A DNA stretch of 64,000 bases from Octopus bimaculoides (GCF_001194135.2 NC_068983.1:110111305-110175304); one strand, 5' to 3'. Shown: positions 11,291-25,000, numbered from the stretch's first letter. The notes: generated by a model from the sequence alone, not told the origin. Translations and numbers: made by a program.

Positions 11291-11719
11291 AATTCAGCCA
11301 ACAGGATTGCACACTATGAATCACTAGCAAAATGTTCATGTGAATACTTCACCTCAAATTATTCTGATGTTTCCAGACGTATTGTTACAAAGAAATTGTA
11401 TATATATATATACCCACACATACATACATACACACATAGGCCATACAATTTAAAACATATACATATATAAACAAACATATAGACAGATGTATACAATCAT
11501 ATATATATATATATATATATACATACATACACATACACATATAGATATGTATACATACATGCACAAGCATAAAGATACATATAAATGCACATAAATACCC
11601 ATAGATTCACATTGATACACACACACACACACAGACACACATACACCCACATACATATACAAGCAATATAATTATCATTAGAAATAATATTATTATCCAG
11701 CAAGAATAAAGCACCATAA

Positions 11720-12139
11720 AAGTACAATCGTTGTTAGAAATAGCAGCCGGTAAGTTTTCGGCGCTATGTAGAGCTTCACTGAATGTTTACAGGAAGAAAT
11801 GTTTGCAGACGGTGAATATAGGAAAATTCTGACTTACCTATACGGATACCGTTAGAGGAATGAAGGATAACTCAATACTGCAATTTCAAACTTTTCGGAT
11901 CACGTAAGTGAGCACGAATCCGGTTGGCTATCTTCAGTTGATTCTACCATTGACGACCAAATTTTAAAATATCCACTACATCTCTGCCTGTTTACTCGGC
12001 CGATAACCCCAATCAAATTCAGAACCAAGATCAGCGAACAGATATACAAGAAATGTAAATAGTATTAAAATTAATAGCAGTGAAGCTCTACATAGCACCG
12101 ATAACTTACCGGCTACTATTTCTAGCAATGATCGTACTT
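11720..12139. repeat. 62-bp inverted repeat (6 mismatches) with ~296-bp spacer; MITE-like or inverted SINE-tail pair
   Basis: 11720-11781 versus the reverse complement of 12078-12139. No clear TSD seen. Confidence 0.85.
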
Positions 12140-12399
12140 CGTGTACATTCGCTTTGTGTCTATGTATATATNNNNNNNNNNTATATATATACATGTGTTC
12201 ATACATATAGCAACATACACATACATATACTGTACATGTATGTGTATATTTAATAAAGATATCTAAAATATAATCTTTGAAATAATACACTTGACAAAAT
12301 TTTCTAAGCGCATATTTAGAAGAGTTTTTACAAGATAAAACACGTTCACGTCTGTCATTAAATTTATTTTTTGATGTTAAAATTTGAATAGAGATTATA

Positions 12400-12770
12400 C
12401 AATTGACATATCAAAAATTTATTTACATTATAATATAATATAATGATAATATAATATAATTATAGTATAAAAAGATATAATATAATAATATAGAATAATA
12501 TAATATAATATAATATAATATAATATAATATAATATAATATAATATAATATAATATAATATAATATAATATAACAAGTAATTAAAACAAATATAACATCA
12601 ACAATTTGTTTCGACTCATATCCACTAGTGAATTTATAAAAAATCACATTTATGCATATGAGTCCCCTCAGGGTAATATTTGTTGAAAAATCACAAAAAC
12701 ATCCATGCAAGGAGTGCTAAATCATAAAAGAGGCTGATTTAGAATACATCTATGTTTACGAGCGTGAGCG
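12400..12770 (-). repeat. Direct repeat copy B with (TAATA)n expansion (12480-12572) and hammerhead motif
   Basis: Homolog of 11012-11290; see the ribozyme feature at 12585-12684. Confidence 0.8.
12585..12684 (-). ncRNA. Type I hammerhead-like motif with long stem II; A9->G core variant
   Basis: CUGAGGG, then perfect 9-bp stem II GACUCAUAU/AUAUGAGUC enclosing a further hairpin, GAAAC, 3-bp stem III ACA-aau-UGU, GUU cleavage triplet (12600/12599), and distal stem I AACAAAUAU/AUAUUUGUU. Confidence 0.6.
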
Positions 12771-15700
12771 TTACTAATTCAAAAACATATATATAATGAA
12801 TACAAAAACAAAATTCAAACAGAAAAGATAATTAAGTGAAGAAAAACTACAACGGTCATAAAATGTTTTGATGCATCTCCAATAATATTAATCTAAATAT
12901 TTATTTCTGTTTTAATTGTTATATTATATTATATCTTTTTATCGTATAATTGTTGTATATTATAATGCAAATAATTTTTTAATATGTAAATTGTATTTCT
13001 CTATTTCCGGTAATATATATATATATATATATCATTTAATAAACAGAATATATGCTTGTGTGCCTGAAGATTGTACTAGAACACCAGACGTGTAAAAAAT
13101 ACTGTCTGGCATGCTCTCGGCACGTGAGCCTAACAGTAGCACATAAAAACACATATTGTGTTTATTACATAATACTTATCTCTCACCAGATGGAGTACTT
13201 TTTATTTGTGGATCTTACTATCACGGAACAGTACACTATATATACACATACATACATACATACATACATACATACATGCATACATACATACACCTATATA
13301 TGTATATATGTATGTATAAGCATCTCTATGCTTACGTATATTTTCGTTAGTGTGTACCTTACTGGTATGTTTGTTAATGTTCGCTCGTTTGCATATTAAT
13401 ATGCACACATAGTCTCGGTGTGTGTGTATATGTATAATTTGACCTTGAAGGAACGTAAGTATATATTAAGCCTGTGTGTAACCTCGTCTCGATGTGCATG
13501 TGGGTGCACTTGTGTCTGGGAGCATGCAAGCGCGCGTACATGTGTGTGTGTTCAATATTATATGTGTGTTGACATGTTGTTTATAAGTGCGTCTATTTAT
13601 GTTTGCATAGCTGTTTGCTTTTTATGCTGCATGTCCTGATATATGCTTATGTACGAATGTGTTCGTGAGTATCCATGCCTGTATATGAATAACTGAATGT
13701 GAAATAAGGTTTTCTACACACAAGCTATTACTTGTAATCTATAATCAGAACCAGGGTTTGGATCCAATGACAACTGGCAGAAATTCTTTTTGAACCATCG
13801 CGATCAATCAGCTAGGTGAATTAAGATGAAGTATAATAGTGTTCTGTCTCGAAACACAACACAATGCCTACTACAGTAAGGTTTTAACCCTTTTGTTACT
13901 GTATTTATTTCGAGATGCTCTGTGTGTGCTTGCATTGCTATGTGTATGCACTGTGAATGTGATGATGTGCGCACATGTATGATCCTTATATGTGTGTATA
14001 TAACGAAATATGCATGAAGGTATGCATCTGTTATCAGTAGCAACCCTGTGATAACCTGGTTCTCCATCACCCACTATAAACCTGGGGCCATAATGACGTT
14101 AAGAGAATATTTACTACCCTATCGTTCATTTACACTACTTTCATTAACACCACATCGTCATTACCACTTTTTCGATCACTTCTTCTCCATTGACGTCATC
14201 AACTCCACCCCCAAATCCACCCCTTTATTTTATTATTAATTTAGTTCCTAACATTTCTTTGCTCGAAACAGAACGTACTTTTTCGGACTCCTCGATTTCT
14301 GTAAAATCTTGAAGTAGAAGCCCTGGTGCTAAACACACACACATACATACATACATACATACATAAACACACAAACATGCACACATGCATACTTGTGGTT
14401 TTTAATAGAATAGTCTTAAAAGAATATTATATTCAGCGAGTAATACACAAATGAAGGTAAGCTAGGCCTTAGTTGGTGTACAACTGAAAGAATATATAAT
14501 AGTGAATTGATTTAATCTTATTCACCCTGCAATACGGTAATATAACTGATATTTTTGCAGGTGTACATGTACTGTTAAATAGAACATTTGGAAGTTGTAG
14601 AGTTATGTAAGTTGAATTTCATGACTTAAATCTTGATTGCCGATATTTTAATTTAATAAATTTATTCATATCCTACAAATGTTGCCTGCTTGAAGCTCAT
14701 TGACGCACTTAAAGTAAACTACTCCGAGCAACATACATAGGGATAATATAATTGTAATTCTTCAATCCAAATATTGTTTTCAGGGTGTTTTAATAGAACG
14801 TATGATTTCATTGAATGCATTACATATATTAAAAAGAAAATAACAATGTCCTCCTAAGCTTGGTGATGAAAAATGTTTCCTTCGGGTAAAGTGATATTTA
14901 CTTTATTGTGCATTCATGGAGATATAAAAATATAGCATATTTGTATTACATGTATTCAAGAAGGTTGTAAATATTAATATAAGTCTGGTTATGAAGCATT
15001 TATGGAAGATCTATTTTTACCAGGAATCATGAAAACCGATCGAGAGTTCTTACATTACTATTGTATCTGTGTTGTATGTGTTTTTAGTACAATTGCTCAC
15101 TAAATATGCAATGTATTCATTCGAAACTTGACTAATAATATTTTTGTATATTGAGATCTATCACTCATTCCTTAATACTATGAAAACCATGATAATTATC
15201 ACTGCAGTTTCTCGGGAGCTCATAAAGAAACATTCTGTATAAAGACATTTAGCATTTGTAGAATAATATTACGTTCATATTCTCTCACTAGATGTCTATA
15301 GCCAAAATAAGAATTTCCGCCGAAAGAAATCTATTTTTCAAACTTATTAATTTAAAGATTATGTAATCGTTTGTGTCTGCCAACAAAAACTATTTTATCT
15401 TACTATTAAAACATAATTATTACTGATATAATTCGAACTTTTGATGTGAAATTATATATTTCACAAAATATTAAACCATAATCTAGAGCATATATTTAAA
15501 TATTGTTTTGTTTAATATGGAACAAGTTATTAAAAAAAAAGCGAATATTTATTTAAAAAAGAAAACAGACACTTATTAAAATAAATGCCAATGTCTATAA
15601 ACTAGGTGAGATTTTTCTATAATTAATTTGATTCCTTTTCTTCAAAACCAAAATCACTAACATTACTTATAGGGAGTATACTGAAATCGAGGAGAGAATG

Positions 15701-16149
15701 TAACACATCTGTACTGTAATTAATGGTGGTGCGAAATATTCGTTCAGAGCATAATTAAATATCTTTAACTGCGCAGTATTCATTGACATTATAGTGTTAC
15801 AATTTATTTACAAATATTTGAAGCAATTGGAAATGATTATCAAATCAAATCGAAATAAAATTAAAACTAATCAGCTCCATAGCTTCAATGTGAAAATTAC
15901 AAGGTGAAAAATATGTACTGTGTATGGTCTACTACATGATAAATCTAAGTGAAGAAAATAAATTACCTGACAAGTTTCTGCTTTAAACTTACTGAGGCTA
16001 AGAAATCTTGATACAACTTGCAAGACTTGATAAAAATATGAATATTATTTAGACAGTACGAAGTGAATCAATGATTGTCCTCCACAAAAAAGGGTCTTTA
16101 CCGCTGAGGAAATGTATTACAATCTTACTATTATCATCTAGTATTCTAA

Positions 16150-16177
16150 TTTCGTTCATAATTATTTCCACACACAA

Positions 16178-16218
<41 letters not shown>

Positions 16219-16455
16219 TACATACATACATACACATACATGCATGCATGCCTGCCCACCTACCTACCTACCTACCTACCTACCTACCTACCTACCTACC
16301 TATCTACGTACCTACCTACCTACCTACTACCTACCTACCTAGGGTGCATGCATGCATACATACATACATGCATACATACATACATACATACATACATACA
16401 TACACACATACTTATGTATATATACACACACACACATATGCGTATGTGTGTGTGT
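16150..16455. repeat. (CA)n-(CATA)n-(CTAC)n-(CATA)n compound microsatellite
   Basis: Direct reading. Confidence 0.95.
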
Positions 16456-16699
16456 TTCATTAAATACACGACTGCGTATATGTTTTATCTTTTCTATTTT
16501 AGCTATTTCCTCATTTTATAGTCATTTATAGTTAGTCTGGAACGATGAATTTCCTAAATTCAAATTCAACGTTTCCACACCTTCATCGAATAACTTGCAA
16601 GAATCGTTTCTAGCGTACTAAATAAATTCGCGTAAACTTTCGCGCCAAAGTACTTTTTCGACAGTTATGTTCAAACACGTCAACAGTGACGTGTCAATT

Positions 16700-18350
16700 T
16701 ATATGTAGCGGTAAAACAGTTGACCATCAGGAGGTTTTCCTGCCAGTAACCACGTGTTAATTTGTTTGTGTGCTGCCTGCATGGCATGTGTATTTTAACA
16801 TTGTATTGGGATATGAGTATGGTTTCTATTATTAATCTTGTATTTTGTGAAGAATTTTATAGGGTATGTAAGTATTACCTTCAAGTATTTGTCGATCTAA
16901 TTTTGCTTTATGAAGCACTGTATAATGATTTGCGATAGCGTCTTGTTTTAAATACATGGTGAACCTACGAGAAAGTGTTCTACTGGTCTGTCCAAAATAG
17001 CTAGTCCTAAAGTGTTTCATTTTCTGTTTTACTGTCAAATTATGAATTACATTGGTTATTCGTAGCTTGTTCTCGGATTTACACCCTTGGGGCATGCTAT
17101 TCTTAAAAGGTTTTGATTTTGGTGCTTTTGTATGATGCAATTTGTGTTCCATGTTACGCGGTTTGATTATATAACCGTATGTTGGATAATTTTAATGCAT
17201 TTCACACATATATTTCATGTGTAGCTTGTGTATTTTTATTGGGTGTATCCTTTGATATATTTGTATTATATTTCGTCAGTATTCTCTGTAGCTCGCTCAG
17301 CTAGTTTGTTGGTATATCTGTTAATTAAATTTTGCTTTATTCTATGGATTTCATGCTATCTTGCCTTGTATGTGAACGAGAATATAAATGCTTTCGTAAA
17401 GTGTGATTTTTACTGCTGACTTATTGTTGTGTGGACATTCATAGTCTCCAAGTAGGTATATGCATTGTTGTGATTCTTTGATATATACCAAAGTAATGCA
17501 TCTTAATCTTTCGATCTGTAAGATTATGATTCAAAACGGGTCTCATTCGTTTTATTCTTGATGCTAAATTTTAGTATTGTTTAGTTTCTCAACTTTCTTT
17601 AATTTATCTATTACAAATTGTATATCATCAATTTATCTGCTGTATATAATGTCTTTATGTTTTGTCATTATTCTGTCCTCTGCTGTGGATAAAAAGAATG
17701 CCACATATCTGTTGTGGATAAAAAGAATGCCACATATCTGTTGTGGATAAAAAAATACCACATAAGTCTTAAAAGGAAATAGCTGGCCTTCTCATTCATT
17801 TGTTTGTATAAATTACCGTGTAGTCAATGCAATGGCATTACACTTGTGCACACCGTAAATAAGCTTTTTAAAAATAAGTTTGCTCTTATCGCCAGTGGCC
17901 TTTTTTTTTAGGTGTTTCTATAGGTGCTCTGTCATGATTTCTGTCACTTGGTGTTTGGTGAGCAAATATTCTACATTTGATCTGGAAATGTATCTATTGT
18001 ATTAGTTTCTTCTAAAATCTGTTAAAATCTTCAGAAGACTATACATTTTGTTTCTTTAATATAATTTCTTTGATAATACTGTCTATTGGTTCGGCGTTTA
18101 AAATGTATAGATTTGCAAACTATGTACATGTACACGATTTATATGTTCATAATATTTAATACTCTTAGTGGTAATGTTATGTGTTTAAAACAGCAATATC
18201 ATAATTCCATATACGATTCTTTATATCATAAATTATTTTGTATTTTTCATTCAAACAAAAAACTATATTTTAGAATTTATTACTGTGCGTTGAACAATGA
18301 TGTATAACTGATGGTAAATATATTACAGAAATATGGATATATTGACTCTT
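16700..18350 (-). mobile_element. Old Penelope-like element relic (RT and GIY-YIG)
   Basis: RT-like SNVEYLLTKHQVTEI (cf. DVESLFTNVPV) and LRCTSVMPLH*LHGNLYKQ (cf. CT..PF...G.LYKQ..G) at ~17800-18000. Endonuclease-like TNVIHNLT...SYFGQTSRTLSRRFTMY..QDAIANHY..LH in ORF 16832-17152. Confidence 0.75.
17680..17765. repeat. 29-bp tandem repeat, ~2.8 copies
   Basis: Unit ctgttgtggataaaaagaatgccacatat; gtggat starts at 17685, 17714 and 17743. Confidence 0.95.
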
Positions 18351-21332
18351 ATCGTTTCAAAATCAAAATGATTCGTCAAAAGGACAAGAATAGAATTTCA
18401 TAAATTAAGATAAAATTTATTTTGAGATGAAAATTTGAGTGAACACTGAATACCAGTGAAATTGCCCTTTCGCGTGTTTTGCGTAGAAGTTCGCTTGCTA
18501 TTAGAATAATCAAACTGTCCTTTTCGCAAAGTCAGTTCAAAGAGAAAGAGGAATGAGAAATACTTGAGTGTGAGGTACAACATTTTAGTGAATCATTGAC
18601 AATTACATCATAGAAATGAGTATAAATTAAGAATAGCAAGGTTACAAAACTCAGAATAATAAATAAACAAGAGATTGAATTCAGACCATCATTTACAAAC
18701 TTTAATTTCGTTTTTAATGAATAATATTGCATTCTAATTTTTTTTTTTTGTTTCCCAATTCTGAAACATTTTCCCATATTATGACTATACGGTAGAAGGT
18801 ATGCCCTTAGTTCAGAAGATAATAGAGTTAGTTTGAAATAAATTTTAATGCACTAGATATTCGGGTAGTGACTCATACTCTCTGTAATTGAATAATTATT
18901 AGCATTAAATGAAATTAATTAATCAATTCCTGAAGCCAAAATGCGTCTAATTCCAAGTATTCTATAGCAATTTCTTCTTAACATTAAAAAAGTACAATTA
19001 TTCTTTGTAATATTTTTCTTTGAATTGACATGATCTTTGCGTAAACACGTGATACAATGTAAACATTTCAATTCATTAAGCACACAGCAACATCTTTCTA
19101 GCGATTCATTCCACTTTTTACATTTCTTCTTATTGGAAGTTATAAAATTTAAAAATAGCTTTTTATTTTAATATTTATTATTGATGTATGACGTTTTGCT
19201 ATTTATCATATGGTTTAAAAACTGAAATTAAAACAATTATTTTGTCAGAATTTTAATGAGTTCCTAGCTAATAATAGAGAAATATCAGTTATTCTATTAC
19301 TGAAATTATATACAGGAAATTGGTTTTATTCGAAACAAAAAAGGAAAAAAGTAACATAATAGTTAATAAATAAAGCAATATTTTCTGATATTCTATGTTT
19401 AAAGTGGGATGTAACTGTAATGTATTGACAGCGTAATAAACCAAGGAGAAATATTTTATAAACAGTAATTTCCAGACCCACCAAATTCGTAAATCTAAAG
19501 TTTTCTGAATATTAAAAAAATAAAATGTCGATGGAGAATAGTCCAATAGCAGTAATCCAATCCGAGAATTTGGAGATATCAGCATTCTGATATCAGATCT
19601 CCTCATGTCTTGCAAGATTTTCAAACAATAGTAAAGCTGTACGAAAGGAAACCTCCATTTGAAGACGTGAGTGTGTGTGTGTGTGTGTGTAAAGCTGCCG
19701 CTGCCAGACAAGGACATGTTGGTCGGTCTGCACTTTCAACTCAGCAGCATACAGTTTTCCCTGTACCGAAATTCGTAGTATCCTTAGAAAAATGTGATAG
19801 TTTCGATAAAAATTTCACATTTCTAAATAATCTTGCAGCATAATAACCCTTTCTTCCCAAACATTTTGTCACTTAAATACACTTAACATCATATGAATTA
19901 CTCTTCGTTACCAAGTGAACCGGGAATTTCACCATAATCGAACTACATAGAAGCTGAGTATTATTTCATTTTAGCTATTAGTCAAATCGGATATACTAAT
20001 GTATGGTGTGCAGTCATAAAAATATATTTCATATTAATCTGAAAACTGAAATCAATTGAGTTTTACTAGTCAGTTCTATTTTCTATCAATTGCGTTCTAT
20101 TGTAATTTTCTTCGAGTTTCTTTTGTCAAGAAAAATACCTATTACCACTGAAATATAAAGAACCCGTAATATTCAACTAGATCAAAATTAAGAATTCAAC
20201 AAAAAGAGAATAATTGTTAATGCTACGCACGCCTAAATATTTATACTTTATGCAGAAGCAACTCTCTACTAACAGATATATTTAGATTATTCGTTTCATA
20301 TGATAGACGGTTGTTCTTCCATTGCTAATAAAAGGACTTTTCAGAGTATTTTTCTTTGTACAGAACTGATAATTTCTTTCAAATATATTATTACTTTCAA
20401 AAGCTTCTATTAATGATATTTAACAGAATACTTAAAAAATAATTACTATATATTTTATTGCTAATCAGCTTTAAAAAAAACTTGGTAAATAATATTCGAG
20501 TCGTGAATTATATAAGTATAACTCATAAGTCTAGAAGTTATGGTGGCGCTTTTTGAAAGTAACTCATTTTATATTCAGTATGACAATTCACACAATATAT
20601 ACAGACAACTCAAATACCTGTAGCCAAATTTCTGTCAGGACCGATCGACAACAATTAACTGAGGATTTGCATGGTTTCCAGCTGGAAAACAACACAAACA
20701 CACATGAAAATTCACGCTTACACCCCACCCACCCCGCCACACACACGCACACGTGTGTGTTTATCCAAAATCAAGACAAACACCATTCCTCCATGTGATC
20801 GGCTTGAAAGATTAAGATATTAAGATATTTTCCTATTTTTCTTAACATGAATCCAATGGTAGCCTTAACTCACAAATCAAGAAATTCTATCCACCAATGC
20901 TGTTTTGAGCACTCATTCTCATCGTTCGACATTTACGCACGTATGTCTGTGTGTATGTGCGTGCGTGCACGTATGTCTGTCTGTACGTATGCATGTATGT
21001 ATCAATCTATAATGTTTGTACACGATTAAGTGAACAGACGAAAGAAAGTGGCACTTAGTATATTTAGTTGGAGGTACTAGTATTTGATATCAGTTTGATG
21101 CAGCTCCACATAACTTAAAGTTTCGGGGGAATATGGAACACCTCTAGCTCATAAGATGTTCGGATGGATGCAGAGTGGCGTGTTTGAAAGGAAGTCAAGA
21201 CCGTTTAGCAGAATATATGTATGTAAACATGCATTTGCACATACATGTATACATATATAAATATACTTGTAATTATATTCCTGCATTCAAACACATAGAT
21301 ATACATACATGCATACATACATACATACATAC

Positions 21333-21717
21333 ATTGTTGGCACTCCGTCGCTTACGACGACAAGAGTTCCACTTGATCCGATCAACGGAACGGCCTGCTC
21401 GTGAAATTAACGTGCAAGTGGCTGAGCACTCCACAGATACATGTACCCTTAACGTAGTTCTCGGGGATATTCAGCATGATGCAGTGTGACAAGGATGGCC
21501 CTTTGAATTACAGGCACAACAGAAACAGGAAGTAAGAGTGAGAGAAAGTTGTGGTGAAAGAGTACAGCAGGGTTCGCCACCATCTCTGCCGGAGCCGCGT
21601 GGAGCTTTTTAGGTGTTTTCGGTCAATAAACACTCACAACGCCCGGTCTGGGAATCGAAACCGCGATCTTATGACCGCGAGTCCACTGCCCTAACCACTG
21701 GGCCATTGCGCCTCCAC
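21333..21717 (-). mobile_element. Full-length tRNA-headed SINE family C inserted in a (TATG)n array
   Basis: Head gtggaggcgcaatggcccagtggttagggcagtggactcgcggtcataagatcgcggtttcgattcccagacc has A- and B-box-like motifs. (CATA)n on both flanks (21300-21332 and 21718-21762). Confidence 0.92.
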
Positions 21718-21946
21718 ATACATACATACATACATACATACATACATACATACATACATACAGGCATGCATGCGTACGTACGTATAGAAAAATAGATAGA
21801 TAAACCATTTCGTTCGTTATTTGTGCCTACTTGATGCAAAATTATATTGGAATGCATATTAAATTTCATATAGTTTCTGCAAGTAAATCACTGTAATAGA
21901 ATGTAGTAGTCTGGTTTTTCCAGAGTTTTTCACCTTTTAAGTTTAT

Positions 21947-22025
21947 CTACAATCTACATTTGCCTACAATCTACATTTGCCTACAATCTACATTTGCCTA
22001 CAATCTACAATTGCCTACAATCTAC
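21947..22025. repeat. 17-bp tandem repeat, ~4.6 copies
   Basis: Unit ctacaatctacatttgc. Confidence 0.95.
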
Positions 22026-25000
22026 CCTACACTTAAAAGTATTACAGCAGAATTTTCATTTTCATGAACATTTGATTCGAAGAAAAGTTACTATTTCAGA
22101 ATGTTGGACTGTTTGTATATGTAAAAAGAAACTTCAAAATAAAGAGGGAGAAACGTACCGTTCTGCTGAGTTCTTACATAAAATGTTTCAAGATCTTTTT
22201 GATTAGATATTTGCAACAATTTTAACTAATCATTACCAACCATGAACTCACACACTCATTTATCCCAAAATTTTCAATCGAATATTCTCAACACTAAGAA
22301 AACATATCCTTACTTGTTTCAATTTCGAATAAGTGTAGCGCACATCGTTTTAGTGTGGCAGTTGCTAATGGCTAATGAGAAACCTCTTCCCGGACAATAC
22401 AGTATCGATTACCAGACCAGTAGCCAGTAACGAATTTAACGAAAATATATATTTCTTTTTTGTAAATTCATACGAAATCTTATTTGAACAATGAATACTA
22501 TATTACGTTCAGAATATTCTTGAATGCTGCAATTAATTTCGGTAATATTTTCCGTCGTTTTGTTAAATATATCTAAGCATTTAATATTCTTCAATAGATT
22601 GGTAAATCATTCATATTTGACAGCTTTGTTGTTTATCCAGTAGTGACAGAGACTACGTTATTACAAATTCCATCAATTCATAATTGTGTATAGTCTATAA
22701 TCATTAACTATGTCAGTAAATAAGCAGAACAAAAGAAATTTCATATTTTTAACATATTCAATCATCCTTTATTGCAAATGATATAGTTAATAAGATACAT
22801 ATCTCTGTTACGATAAAACCGTTGCTTAGATGTTACATTTCAGACTCCACAAGACATTGAATTATATTTATACATCAACTCATCATTCATTTAGAGTTAA
22901 TGTGATATATAAGTTAGGAATATATTAAAGCTATGTTATTGACAGTCTGTCGATTCAGTCTCTCATTAACAAATGCACCCGAAGTGTTTAGAGGTTCAAC
23001 TTGTAAAATGAATAATATTGCTAAAATTGCACTTACTTCTGATTATAATAAAAAGCAAATGAGAGAAAAATCTTTATGACGCAAATAATGTTGACATCGA
23101 AGCTGTGATCAAGACGAAGTAATCAGATGCATTGATTGTGACGGTATGAACGAAAATAGTAAAATCTATGAAGGATTATCGAAAGTAATTTTCTCTTCTA
23201 ATGGGTGATAAATAGGACGCTTCGTTTTACTCTTTTGATGTAAGTCACGAATTATTGATTTCCCTATACACTCTATGGTCAAGTAATGTTGTTAAAGTGC
23301 TGTACGTGTACTTAGTGGTTGCTCAAGCTATTAGAAAAACGTCTGCTGTTTATAATTCCACTAGGTAAAAGCATAAAAAGTTGAACGAGCAGATTAATTG
23401 TTTTTATAAACTGTCACTAAACAAATATTTCTACTTTCAGATGTGAAAATAATTTGAATAATAAGATAGCTATTTCCATGCGGAGAGTTTCGGAAATGTT
23501 CTCTTTTCCTTGAGGTAAATTTATATATATATATATATATATATATCTTTGGATTCATAGTTAGAACAAAGGACTAGAAGGAAGGTAGAACAAAACAATG
23601 ATACTGCATCATTTATGCGGTCTATAATGTGCATACTATGTATACTCTATATACTGCATAATCTTCAGCTCTAAAAAGTAAATGTTCTCAAAATTGAAAT
23701 ATGGTCGGTGGTCTCAGCAATTGCAAAATTTTGGTAATTACTCTAATAATTGCAATCTGAATATATTGGCAGAAGGCGTTCCGTCTAGAGGAGATTCAAC
23801 TTTGGTCTTAAATTTAATTTTACCAATTGGCATAAAGAGTTACACTCAAATTATTGGACATTTTACAAATGTTTTAACTTGATAAACCAGAATGATTGTT
23901 TTGTTAGATGTGGACCGTTTCCATATTTAATACAGCTCTTCACTGCCATGAAGACTGCGGAACTTTCTAGCAGATAATGTTTGTAATTAGAAGAAAAAAC
24001 AAAAACAAAAGTAAAAATACAAAATCGAATGAGGAAAACAATGATCTTCATAATTAATGCAAACGATACTACGTAAAGCCGTTACAGTTTATATAACTGC
24101 AAAAAATTATGTAAATTTTCACAGAAAAGTAAAATCATGAGAGGTGGTATGAAGTTAGACAATAGGATATGACAAGAATAAATTGAAAATCCCTAAGTTG
24201 CCAAAGCACTTTAAGTTTCTTCTGTATGAAATCAATATGATTGAAATAAAGCTGCGATCATTTAGTAAGTATGACAGGCAATAAAGGATGAAGTATTGAA
24301 AGTGTTACATAATATTCTATCCCATAAAAAACAAAATTAACGACTTGAAGTGTCTATAACACAGTTGTAATACTGATGGAAGATATCTTTTTAACTTACA
24401 CCATCGATGTTTGAACGACAAAAAATTATTTATCCTACTAGCTATATATGAAGCTTACGTAATATGTAATCATATGATGATAACTCTAAAGATCAAATTA
24501 TGAAGGAATTGCTGAAAATTTAAAAAAAAAAGAGGATATAATACTCTAAACGCTAATTTGAAACAGAAAAGAGCAAGACGGAACGTGACGGGACACGAAT
24601 TCTTATCTGTCGCTTAACTACTCTTTTTGCTATTATCTGTTTACTCTCCTTTTCTCTCCTATATGTAGTGTATTTTAAATTAAATTCTGCTGTTTTCATT
24701 ATGCTATTTATGTCGCCAAAATAAAAAAAGCATTCAAAGTCTTACCTAATATCATACAGCCTAATGTGATTTCTCGTCGTAATCATTTGGATCAAGAGGG
24801 GCACTTTGCTATATAGGGTTTTCCAACATATAACACTGAATGTTTAACAAATAGAGCAGAACATGCCCTGCAAACAACTGCTCAATTATTATTTAAAGAG
24901 ATTTAAATGTATACATTGCGGATAATTGCTATTCAAGCTGTCTCTAATCGTGGTCAGTGACGCCGTCATCCTGCAAATGATGAAAACGCTACTGAAGTTC

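Noticed and set aside
11895-11945. Minus-strand CUGAAGA...GAAA inside the IR spacer (similar strings at ~10935, ~35040, ~490-570)
   Set aside because: Stem II does not start at the core or is absent, and stem I is unsupported; could be chance or very old relics.
19289-19843. 142-aa and 77-aa ORFs in unique DNA
   Set aside because: They run through (CA)n and AT-rich hydrophobic-biased sequence, with no recognisable motif or consistent splice frame.
21640-21717. tRNA-like sequence with A and B boxes (also SINE heads at 27947, 36152, 7435)
   Set aside because: Each continues into a SINE body, and no complete cloverleaf with acceptor stem is evident.
17680-22025. 29-bp and 17-bp repeats as CRISPR-like arrays
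   Set aside because: Contiguous tandem units with no spacers, no cas genes, eukaryotic context.
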